Assembly: GCA_910579435.1 (NCBI GenBank)
Contig: CAJTVF010000001.1
Location: 34,412 to 98,411, forward strand
Reading direction: 5' to 3'
From: an uncultured Oscillibacter sp.
Lineage (GTDB): Bacteria > Bacillota > Clostridia > Oscillospirales > Oscillospiraceae
Length of the DNA: 64,000 bases
The position numbers were made by a program, and so were the translations under genes. Below the pieces are notes generated by a model. That model was not told the origin of the DNA and did not search any database. It worked only from the letters and a program-made list of their open reading frames with translations. Shown piece by piece: positions 55,721 through 64,000 of the stretch (position 1 is its first letter; every line of letters begins with the position of its first letter).

Positions 55721-56903
55721 TTACGCAGCCGTTATCGGCTGGTAAGGTAGCCTAGACTTCTCCATAGCGCAGACGAGCCGCACCAGCTTTTTGCCGGCAT
55801 GGGAGATGGCCACGTTGTAGTGCTTGCCCTCAGTGCGCTTTTTGGCAAGATAAGCGGCAAAGGTAGGATCCCAAATACAGACGTACTTTGTGGCGTTGAA
55901 GATGGCGTAGCGCAGGTATCTGGAGCCCCGCTTCCCCATGTGGGCATAGCAGTTGTTGAGCTGCCCGGATTGGTAGGTGGAGGGAGACAGACCGGCGTAA
56001 GCCAGAACCTTATCTGGAGAATCAAAGCGGGAGAAGTCGCCCGCCTCGGCCAAGATCATGGCTCCCATCCGCAGGCCCATACCTGGAATGGTAGTAATTG
56101 GAGAGTGCAATTCCTCCATGGCGGATTGGATGGAGGCTTCAATGTCCGCAATCTCAGCGTTCAGTTCCCGAATGAGGCGGATGGTGTGCCGGAGTTCCAG
56201 AGACTTGGCGGGCATAGCAGAGCCAACGGAGGCTCTGGCGGCGTCCTGGATGTCCACCGCTGCATCACGACCATACCGGCCATTAGAGGCATCAGCCAGC
56301 AAGAACTTCAGCCGGGTAAGATTGGCTTGGGCAATCTGCTTGGCACCAGGGAATACCTCCAGGAGCGCATAGACGGAGTTCATGTGAAGGGTAGGAACCA
56401 GCTTTTCCAGCTCGGGGAACAGTATGCAGACAAGACGGGAAACTGATTGCTTGTGCTTTGATCGCTCCCGGACTTTATCGAATCTGTATCTTGTGAGTGA
56501 CTTTAGCTCCTCGTTGTGGTATGCTGTATCCGTGTAGGGCTTGAGGTCCAAATCGGACAAGAGCATAGCCGCAATGGTACGTGCGTCAACTTTGTCGGTC
56601 TTTGTTTTCCGCAAGGAAAGGCTTTTCCGGTACAGGTTGGTGTGCAGGGGATTCAAGACGTAGGTTGGTAGGCCGCTGTCAAGAAGGAACCCCCAGGAGG
56701 TTATAGCTGTAATGCCCGGTAGCCTCAAGTCCTACTTTTATGCTGTCTTTGGGTGAAACACAACTGTGTATTCGCTCCAGGAGGAACTGGAACCCCTCTA
56801 TGCTGTTTGGGATGGTGAATACGTCCGCTAATACCTTCCCCTCCGAGGACAGGATGAAGCAGTCATGCTTGTCCTTGGCGACATCAATTCCGACACAAAC
56901 CAT
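55721..56903 (-). pseudogene. IS110 transposase/recombinase with +1 frameshift
   Basis: VGIDVAK, LEATGHY, KTDKVDA (DEDD domain) and LAYAGLSP..YQSG; the frame breaks at a 5-C run 56690-56694. Confidence 0.9.
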
Positions 56904-57154
56904 AAGTAAATCCCCCAAATGTAAGATTTGATGCTGTACCCATAGAACACCTTACCTTGTAACCTTGTTCTACATCAACCGTCTGGCGGTATCTAACTGA
57001 TTAACAAAACTGCAAGGGGCTGTGGTTGGAGCCTATCCATAACCATCTCGTGGTAGGAGGATTTTACCAATCCACAGCATCCCTTTTAGTGTAGCACAGC
57101 CCTTGGAGAGAGGCTATAAAAACTACTACTCTATAATACAAGGAGGATCAAAAG

Positions 57155-57724
57155 ATGGATACCTGGGAGAGCTTGAAAAACGAGTGCCTTGCCTGTAAAG
57201 GCTGTTCCCTTGCGGATACCCGCCATAACGTGGTTTTCGGGGACGGTGCGGAGGACGCGGAGATTTTGTTCATCGGCGAGGGTCCCGGACAGCACGAGGA
57301 CGAGCAGGGCCTGCCCTTTGTGGGCCGGGCGGGGAAGCTGCTGGACGAGATGCTGGAGATGGTGAACCTGGACCGAAGCAAGGTCTACATCGCCAACATC
57401 GTCAAATGCCGCCCGCCCCAGAACCGGGACCCTCTGGGGGTGGAGCAGGATGCCTGCATTGACTGGCTCCGCCGCCAGACGGCGCTGCTGCGGCCCAAGA
57501 TCATTGTCTGCCTGGGCCGTATCGCCGCCAAGGTCATCATCAAGGATGATTTCCGCATTACTCAGGAGCATGGCCAGTGGTTTGAGCGGAACGGCGTGTG
57601 GATGACCGCCCTGTACCACCCGGCGGCGCTGCTGCGGGACGTTCGCAAGCGCCCCGACACCTTTGAGGACTTGAAAGCCATTCAGGCCAAGGCCCGGGAG
57701 CTGTGCGGGCACACGGAACTCTGA
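57155..57724 (+). CDS. udg: Family-4 uracil-DNA glycosylase (Fe-S)
   Basis: C..C.L, GEGPG..ED..G.PFVGRAG, NIVKCRPP.NR, LYHPAA. Confidence 0.95.
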   Translation: MDTWESLKNECLACKGCSLADTRHNVVFGDGAEDAEILFIGEGPGQHEDEQGLPFVGRAGKLLDEMLEMVNLDRSKVYIANIVKCRPPQNRDPLGVEQDACIDWLRRQTALLRPKIIVCLGRIAAKVIIKDDFRITQEHGQWFERNGVWMTALYHPAALLRDVRKRPDTFEDLKAIQAKARELCGHTEL

Positions 57725-57857
57725 GCGGCCAAACGGGGAGAGGACCGGCCTCTCCCCGCGTTTTTGAAAAATTGTAAACCAATTATGAAAATATGGTTGA
57801 CAATATGGGAAATTTGCGCTATCCTCAGAGCCAGGAAAGAAAAGGAGGAACCCATCT

Positions 57858-58418
57858 ATGACCGAACAAACCGCGTCCCGCCTGCGGACGAGAGACCTGA
57901 CCCTGATCGCCCTGTTTACCGTCCTGACGGCGGTATGCGCCTGGATCTCCGTGCCTGTCCCCGCGCCCCTGATTCAGTTCACAATGCAGACCTTTGCCGT
58001 TTTCGCCGCCCTGCTGGCCCTGGGAGGGAAGCGGGGGACCTACGCCGTCACTGCTTACCTGCTGCTGGGGGCTGTGGGCGCGCCGGTGTTCAGCAATTTC
58101 CGGGGGGGCCTGAGCGTGCTGCTGGGGGCCACCGGCGGCTATATTCTGGGATTCTTTTTCCAGGCGCTGCTCTACTGGTGGATGACCGCCAGGCTGGGGG
58201 AGGCCCTGAGGGTGAAAATTGCCGCCAGCGTCCTGGGACTGATCCTGTGCTATGCCTTTGGCACAGCCTGGTATCTGGTTCTCTATGTTCAGATGGGAAA
58301 GCCTATGGGCCTGTTGACCGCTCTTGGCTACTGCGTGTTTCCCTTCATTGTCCCGGATCTGGTCAAGCTGGCTCTGGCGGTGCTGCTGTCCCAGCGGGTC
58401 GGAAAATATGTCCAATGA
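57858..58418 (+). CDS. bioY: Biotin ECF transporter S component
   Basis: FTMQTF, YLLLGAVG.PVFS...GG.......TGGYILGF, PFI..D..K. Confidence 0.95.
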   Translation: MTEQTASRLRTRDLTLIALFTVLTAVCAWISVPVPAPLIQFTMQTFAVFAALLALGGKRGTYAVTAYLLLGAVGAPVFSNFRGGLSVLLGATGGYILGFFFQALLYWWMTARLGEALRVKIAASVLGLILCYAFGTAWYLVLYVQMGKPMGLLTALGYCVFPFIVPDLVKLALAVLLSQRVGKYVQ

Positions 58419-58469
58419 TTCTCGGTTTCAAAAGAAACGGGCCGGCGCTTACAGCGCCGGCCCGTTTCC

Positions 58470-58940
58470 TTATCCCGCGGATTCAGCGGGATTTTGCAGG
58501 TATTGATATTCCAGCAGCAGCCGCCCGGTGCCGCTGGACATGTTCCCGAAGTGGTAGGGCTGGTCCGCCTTGAACCGGATGGCGTCCCGCTCTAAAAGCT
58601 GGAAATCCTGGCCCTCCGCCGTTAGGCTGACGGTGCCGTAGATCACCGTGGCGTGGCAGACGCAGCCGGGAAGGGAAGGAGCGGGAGCGTATTTCGCCCC
58701 GATGTACAGGTCCAGGAAGCAGCTCATCATGTGGCTTTTGTCATCGTAGGGAAGGCTGGGCCGCAGGACGGTTCTGCCGCCGTCCAAATGCCGGGGCCGG
58801 GTGTCCTGGACCCGGGCCAGAATGGGGCCGTTCTTGGGAAGCTCCGGCTTCGGCTTGTCCGTCTCCGGCTTGTGGGGCATCACGCCCTCGCCGGGTATGG
58901 GCTTGAACAGATCGTCCTCCATGCGCGCGCGTCCCCCCAT
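58470..58940 (-). CDS. Cupin-domain protein (XRE-cupin C-terminal type, no HTH)
   Basis: YG.V.L......FQLLERDAIRFKADQPYHFGN; start 58940 or 58922. Confidence 0.65.
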   Translation of the reverse strand: MGGRARMEDDLFKPIPGEGVMPHKPETDKPKPELPKNGPILARVQDTRPRHLDGGRTVLRPSLPYDDKSHMMSCFLDLYIGAKYAPAPSLPGCVCHATVIYGTVSLTAEGQDFQLLERDAIRFKADQPYHFGNMSSGTGRLLLEYQYLQNPAESAG

Positions 58941-59128
58941 TCTCTCTCCTCAGGATAACTTGCTTTATACTACCCGTTTTGTCGAAATTTGTCAAGGCGC
59001 ATTGCCGGACCTCCCGTCTGCCTTTTGCGCGGCTGGCCGCTGACTCCGCCGATCTCGCCGCCGCCGTTGCAATGGACGTTTTGATATGTTAGAATCCAAG
59101 TAACAAATTAGAATTGGGAGATTTTGCT

Positions 59129-59382
59129 ATGGAAACACTATGGAATGAACTATTGAAGCAAATCAAATCGATATCGAATGACATATATTTGAGCATCAAT
59201 ACTCCTGCTGGCTTTTCAGAATTACAGCTCTTGGAAGAAACTGTGGGTGTAAAACTTCCGCAAGCATTTTCTGGGTATTTATCTACTATGAACGGGCAGA
59301 AGAATACAGAAGAAAATACAAGGAATAAAAATACGGAAATTCCATGCTTGGATTTAATACGTTTTTATCTGTTGCTGGAATA
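59129..59382 (+). pseudogene. Truncated SMI1/KNR4-family (immunity-like) gene
   Basis: AT-rich; INTPAGFSELQLLEETVGVKLPQAFSGYLSTMNGQ motif; frameshift near 59345; cut off by the MITE. Confidence 0.7.
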
Positions 59383-59543
59383 GGCCTTGTTTGAAAAAAG
59401 TCTAAACGCCCAAAACGGCGGATCTTTTTCCGGCACTCTGCGTTAAATTTTCTTGCCGGGCGTCAGCCCGCCCGCGAAAATTTGCCTTGATTGGCGAAAA
59501 AATCTCTCACCGTTGGGCATTCCGCCAATTTTCAAACAAGGCC
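59383..59543. mobile_element. MITE type B, copy 2 (161 bp)
   Basis: Three substitutions vs copy 1; same TIRs and TA flanks. Confidence 0.92.
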
Positions 59544-59747
59544 TAGACATGAAGAATAGGCTTTTCGGCCCCGCCGCCGCCGAAAACGGCATATAAAAGT
59601 AAAAGGGATTGCCGGACCGGCGGAGGCCGGGCGGAATGCAGGGCTTGAAACCGTAAGAAAACCGTAAGATTTTTGTCGAGTTGTTTGTAAGAAACGTCCT
59701 GTATACTCTCCTTAGAATCGGTTCAGGCCGAATAGAAGGAGGACGTC

Positions 59748-60584
59748 ATGAATTACAAACAACTGAAAATCTTCGCCATGTGCTGCATGGTCTTTGACCA
59801 CGCGGCGCGCATTTTCCCCCTGGGGCAGATCTTCGCACCCCTGGCGGACCTCTTGTGGAGCAAGGGGTACGGGGACCTCGCCGACTGGCTGCTGGACGAC
59901 TGCGTTTTATATGTAATGTATATCGGCCGTCTGGCGGCTCCCATCTTCGTGTACTGCGTCGCGCAGGGGTTTGCCCATACCTCCAATGTCCGCCGCTATG
60001 CGGGCCGCGTTTTCCTGACGGCGGTGATCGCGCAGGTTCCCTATACGCTGTTTGATCTGGCGGAAATGCGGGTGCTGGGCGTGGAGGGAGATTGGCGGGA
60101 GACGGGGCTGAACATCCTGTTCACGCTGGCCCTGGCCCTGTGCGTCCTCTGGGCTCACGAGGAGCTGAAGCGCCGGAAGCTGCTTTTCCTGAGCCCCTTG
60201 GCCGTGGCGGCGGCCACCTGGCTTGCCATGGAGCTCCGCATGGAAGGCGGGAAAGGTTATATCATCCTGGCTTGGGTCTATTATATTACCCGGAACCGTC
60301 CCCGCCGGCACAGGGCTCTCCTCTATATCCCCGCCGTGATGCTGTCCCGCCGGGGATTGGTGCTGTGGGTCGTGGAGAGCCTGGGAACACCGGAGCTGTC
60401 CGGAGTCCTGCGGAACTGCCTTTTGAACGTGCTGGGCAATTACTTCGGGATGCTGGTCACGCTGGCGGACAACGGCGAAAAGGGGAGGGCCGGGAAGGGC
60501 TTCCAGCGGTTCTGCTACGCGTTTTACCCCGCGCATTTCGCCGTTCTGGCCCTGATCGGCTTTCTCAGGCCGCCCCTGGTGTGA
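59748..60584 (+). CDS. TraX-family membrane protein (putative acyltransferase)
   Basis: LKIFAMCCMVFDH, IGRLAAPIF.Y...QGF.HTSN...Y..R, NILFTL, FYAFYPAHF. Confidence 0.85.
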   Translation: MNYKQLKIFAMCCMVFDHAARIFPLGQIFAPLADLLWSKGYGDLADWLLDDCVLYVMYIGRLAAPIFVYCVAQGFAHTSNVRRYAGRVFLTAVIAQVPYTLFDLAEMRVLGVEGDWRETGLNILFTLALALCVLWAHEELKRRKLLFLSPLAVAAATWLAMELRMEGGKGYIILAWVYYITRNRPRRHRALLYIPAVMLSRRGLVLWVVESLGTPELSGVLRNCLLNVLGNYFGMLVTLADNGEKGRAGKGFQRFCYAFYPAHFAVLALIGFLRPPLV

Positions 60585-60643
60585 GCGGAGCCGGGGAAAT
60601 CCCTGGAAAAACAGGAAAATTAAAATCTTTTTGCCAAAAACGC

Positions 60644-60672
60644 TTGACGGCGGGGGAAGGTCATGCTATAAT
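60644..60672 (+). promoter_or_regulatory. str operon promoter
   Basis: TTGACG, 17 nt, TG-c-TATAAT. Confidence 0.85.
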
Positions 60673-60751
60673 GCCTACTTACGCGGACCCAGAGCCCGTG
60701 AATTTTGCTGTGCGCTCCTCAGCGGAAGCGTCGCCGGAGGAGGTCTGCCCC

Positions 60752-60985
60752 ATGGAGCTTGAAAAGCGGGCCGTCGGCGTGAAGCAGTCCCGCAAGGCCA
60801 TCCGGGAGGGACGGGCCCGCCGGGCGCATCTTGCCAGCGACGCCGACCCGGCGCTGACCGGGCCCATCGCCGCCGAGTGCGCCGCCGCCGGCATCCCCGT
60901 GGAGACAGGTTGGACCATGGCCCAGCTGGGCCGGGCCTGCGGCATTGCCGTGGGAGCCTCCGTCGCGGTGGAGCTGGCGGACTGA
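60752..60985 (+). CDS. L7Ae/YbxF-like RNA-binding protein
   Basis: VGVKQSRKAI...LASDAD....M.QLGRACGI.VGASV; conserved position before rpsL; RBS GGAGGAGG. Confidence 0.9.
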   Translation: MELEKRAVGVKQSRKAIREGRARRAHLASDADPALTGPIAAECAAAGIPVETGWTMAQLGRACGIAVGASVAVELAD

Positions 60986-61075
60986 GCGCGCGAGAAATTT
61001 TTGGTTTTTACGGAATAGCCCACCGGCTTTCTGTAAAACATATAAAGCAAAAATATGAAAGAAAGGAGAACGTCA

Positions 61076-61492
61076 ATGCCTACTTTTAACCAGCTGGTCC
61101 GGAAAGGAAGAGAACAGGCTTCCTACAAGTCCAATTCTCCCGCCCTGCAGTTCGGTCTGAACACCCTGAAGACCAAGACCACCAATCAGCCCTCCCCTCA
61201 GAAGAGAGGCGTCTGCACCGCCGTGAGAACCGCGACCCCCAAGAAGCCCAACTCCGCCCTGCGTAAGATCGCCCGTGTGCGCCTGACCAACGGCTACGAG
61301 GTCACCGCCTATATTCCCGGCGTGGGCCACTCCCTCCAGGAGCACTCCGTGGTCATGATCCGCGGCGGCCGTGTCAAGGACCTCCCCGGCGTCCGCTACC
61401 ACATCATCCGCGGCACCCTCGACACCCAGGGCGTGTCCGGCCGTATGCAGGCCCGTTCCAAGTACGGCGCCAAGCGGCCCAAGTCCAAGTAA
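61076..61492 (+). CDS. rpsL: 30S ribosomal protein S12
   Basis: [36 protein letters not shown]. Confidence 0.99.
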   Translation: MPTFNQLVRKGREQASYKSNSPALQFGLNTLKTKTTNQPSPQKRGVCTAVRTATPKKPNSALRKIARVRLTNGYEVTAYIPGVGHSLQEHSVVMIRGGRVKDLPGVRYHIIRGTLDTQGVSGRMQARSKYGAKRPKSK

Positions 61493-61682
61493 GGATTGGA
61501 TAGCCGCCGGCGTGCGGATACCCCATCCCCCTGCGGGGACGAACCCTGAGAATTACTTTGCCGAACAGGCATTTATATAAATGCGTGGGCGTTGCCCTTC
61601 GGCAGAGGCATTCACGGAAGGCTGAAATACGCCTTTTGAGTACCTATGAGATCATAGAATCATTATGAAGGAGGGAAGCATA

Positions 61683-62153
61683 GTGCCCAGAAGAGGTAAT
61701 GTTCCCAAGAGAGAAATTCTGCCCGACCCTATGTACGGCTCCGTGCTGGTGACCCGTTTGGTCAACAATGTGATGCTGGACGGCAAAAAGGGCGTGGCGC
61801 AGAAGGTGGTCTACGCGGCCTTTGACCAAATTAAGGAGAAGACCGGGAAGGACCCCGTTGAAGTGTTCACCCAGGCCATGGACAACATCATGCCCAGCCT
61901 GGAGGTCAAGGCCCGCCGTGTGGGCGGCGCCAACTACCAGGTCCCCATGGAGGTCCGCCCCGCCCGGCGCACCACGCTGGGCCTGCGGTGGCTGACCACC
62001 TATTCCCGCGCCCGGAGCGAGCGCACCATGGCGGAGCGCCTTGCCGGCGAGATCATGGACGCCGCCGAGAACACCGGCGCGGCTGTGAAAAAGCGCGAGG
62101 ACATGCACAAGCAGGCCGAGGCCAACAAGGCGTTCGCGCACTTCCGCTGGTAA
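61683..62153 (+). CDS. rpsG: 30S ribosomal protein S7
   Basis: GTG start; [31 protein letters not shown]. Confidence 0.99.
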   Translation: MPRRGNVPKREILPDPMYGSVLVTRLVNNVMLDGKKGVAQKVVYAAFDQIKEKTGKDPVEVFTQAMDNIMPSLEVKARRVGGANYQVPMEVRPARRTTLGLRWLTTYSRARSERTMAERLAGEIMDAAENTGAAVKKREDMHKQAEANKAFAHFRW

Positions 62154-62174
62154 GCTAGTTAGGAGAAATCAAGT

Positions 62175-64000
62175 ATGCCGAGAAAAACACCGCTTGAAAA
62201 CACCAGAAACATCGGCATTATGGCTCACATCGACGCGGGCAAGACCACGACCACCGAGCGGATCTTGTTCTACACCGGCGTGAACTATAAGATCGGCGAA
62301 ACCCACGACGGTACCGCCACGATGGACTGGATGGCCCAGGAGCAGGAGCGCGGTATTACCATCACCTCCGCCGCCACCACCTGTTTCTGGTCTGGTTCCA
62401 AGAACCAGTTCAAGCCCACCCGTATCAACATCATCGACACCCCGGGCCACGTGGACTTCACCGTGGAGGTGGAGCGTTCCCTGCGCGTGCTGGACGGTTC
62501 CGTAACCGTCCTCTGCGCCAAGGGCGGCGTGGAGCCCCAGTCCGAGACCGTGTGGCGTCAGGCCGACAACTACAAGGTCCCCCGGATGATTTATGTCAAC
62601 AAGATGGACATTATGGGCGCGGACTTCTACAACGTGCTCCACATGGTGGAGGATCGCCTGAAGTGCAACGCCGTGCCCATCCAGCTCCCTATCGGCAGCG
62701 AGGATACCTTTAAGGGCATCGTCGACCTGATCGAGATGAACGCGGACGTCTATTATGACGATCTGGGCAAGGACATGCGGGTGGAGGAGATTCCCGCCGA
62801 CATGGCAGACCTTGCCAGCGAGTACCGGGAGAAGCTGATGGACGCCGTCTCCATGTTCGACGAGGAGATTATGGAGATGTACCTGGATGGCCAGGAGATT
62901 CCCCAGGCGAAGATCCGGGCGGCCATCCGCAAGGCCACCATCGCCAACGAGCTGGTGCCCGTCACCTGCGGCACGTCCTACAAAAACAAGGGCGTGCAGA
63001 AGATGCTGGACGCCATCGTGGACTTCATGCCCGCGCCCACGGACATCCCGCCCATCAAGGGCGTGAATCCCAAGACTGATGAAGAGGACGAGCGTCCCTC
63101 CGACGACAGCGCTCCCTTCTCCGCTCTGGCCTTCAAGATCATGACCGACCCCTATGTGGGCCGCCTGAGCTTCTTCCGGGTCTATTCCGGCCACCTCACC
63201 ACCGGCTCCACCGTGCTGAACAGCACGAAAAATGTCAAGGAGCGCATTGGCCGCATCCTCCAGATGCACGCCAATCACCGTGAGGATATTGAGGAAGTCT
63301 TCTCCGGCGATATCGAGGCCGCCGTGGGCCTGAAGCACACCACCACCGGCGACACCCTCTGCGACGAGAAGGCCCCCATCATTCTGGAGTCCATGGAGTT
63401 CCCCGAGCCCGTCATCCGCGTGGCCATCGAGCCCAAGACCAAGGCGGGCCAGGAGAAAATGACCATTGGCCTCATCAAGCTGGCCGAGGAGGACCCCACA
63501 TTCAAGACCTACACCGACGAGGAGACCGGCCAGACCATCATCGCCGGCATGGGCGAGCTCCATCTGGAGATCATCGTGGACCGCCTGCTCCGGGAGTTCA
63601 AGGTGGAGGCCAACGTGGGCGCTCCCCAGGTCGCCTACAAGGAGACCATCAAGAAGTCGGTGGAGCAGGATACCAAGTATGCCCGCCAGTCCGGCGGCAA
63701 GGGCCAGTACGGCCATGTCAAGATCCGCGTGGAGCCCAACGAGTCCGGCAAGGGCTACGAGTTTGTCAACTCCATCGTGGGCGGCGCGGTGCCCAAGGAG
63801 TATATCCCGGCGGTCGACGCCGGCATCCAGGGCGCCATGAACGCCGGCGTGGTGGCCGGCTTCCCCGTGGTGGACGTGAAGGTCACCCTGTACGACGGTT
63901 CCTATCACGAGGTGGACTCCTCCGAAATGGCCTTCAAGATCGCCGGTTCCATGGCCTTTAAGGACGCCTGCCGCAAGGCGGACGCCACGCTGCTGGAACC
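62175..64000 (+). CDS. fusA: Elongation factor G (partial, continues past window)
   Basis: [44 protein letters not shown]. Confidence 0.99.
   Translation, partial: MPRKTPLENTRNIGIMAHIDAGKTTTTERILFYTGVNYKIGETHDGTATMDWMAQEQERGITITSAATTCFWSGSKNQFKPTRINIIDTPGHVDFTVEVERSLRVLDGSVTVLCAKGGVEPQSETVWRQADNYKVPRMIYVNKMDIMGADFYNVLHMVEDRLKCNAVPIQLPIGSEDTFKGIVDLIEMNADVYYDDLGKDMRVEEIPADMADLASEYREKLMDAVSMFDEEIMEMYLDGQEIPQAKIRAAIRKATIANELVPVTCGTSYKNKGVQKMLDAIVDFMPAPTDIPPIKGVNPKTDEEDERPSDDSAPFSALAFKIMTDPYVGRLSFFRVYSGHLTTGSTVLNSTKNVKERIGRILQMHANHREDIEEVFSGDIEAAVGLKHTTTGDTLCDEKAPIILESMEFPEPVIRVAIEPKTKAGQEKMTIGLIKLAEEDPTFKTYTDEETGQTIIAGMGELHLEIIVDRLLREFKVEANVGAPQVAYKETIKKSVEQDTKYARQSGGKGQYGHVKIRVEPNESGKGYEFVNSIVGGAVPKEYIPAVDAGIQGAMNAGVVAGFPVVDVKVTLYDGSYHEVDSSEMAFKIAGSMAFKDACRKADATLLE

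Larger units (their letters stand above)
55426..57127 (-). mobile_element. IS110-family element (ends approximate)
   Basis: Transposase plus ~225-nt upstream non-coding end and a downstream end with outward TTGACT; TAGT occurs at both ends; no TIRs. Confidence 0.8.

Noticed and set aside
59748-60584. traX as evidence of a conjugative element
   Set aside because: No other tra genes, host-like GC, and it sits beside the str operon; TraX-family proteins are common chromosomal membrane proteins.
61076-61492. Streptomycin-resistance alleles in rpsL
   Set aside because: Both key lysines are wild type (TPKKPNS, RVKDLPG).

Overview
GC-rich Clostridia chromosome segment. Gene content and codon style suggest Oscillospiraceae; this is an inference. 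Left third (846-19069): an ~18.2 kb integrative mobilizable element inserted in tRNA-Val(CAC), with a 46-bp duplication that starts exactly at the anticodon loop. It carries a tyrosine integrase, excisionase, MobP3/MobL-type relaxase with Sel1 repeats, an RHH accessory protein, a DUF6076-like protein and a DUF4160/DUF2442 toxin-antitoxin pair. It also carries a GC-rich 10.4 kb cargo: two LacI regulators, an Fe3+/sugar-phosphate-class ABC transporter, an orphan membrane protein, an EEP phosphoesterase, a HAD phosphatase and a ribokinase-family kinase. The kinase has the signature of the pyrophosphate-dependent myo-inositol kinase TM0415. This is the best candidate for an undescribed system: a mobile inositol-phosphate/phosphodiester salvage pathway. 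An ICE-like gene beyond the distal att suggests tandem accretion at this tRNA. The rest is mostly core genome: tRNA-Met/Glu/Val, a MerR regulator, an SLH-GH25 muramidase, a padR-SEDS operon, lysine biosynthesis with a lysine riboswitch, pgk-tpiA-gpmI, trmL, a degenerate GlmU-like remnant-prs-pth-mfd, thiolase with a Rex box, tatD/radical SAM, rpsT, spoIVFA/B-like genes, rny, an amidase, an RlmI-like methyltransferase, udg, bioY, traX, and L7Ae-rpsL-rpsG-fusA (partial). This core is scarred by small elements: three 161-bp MITEs of two TIR types sharing a covarying internal fold, a 123-bp double-palindrome element in a mtnN pseudogene, a frameshifted IS110 with a long non-coding end, and a dispersed intergenic repeat family. 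No CRISPR or rRNA was seen. All family assignments are by motif recognition without database searches.
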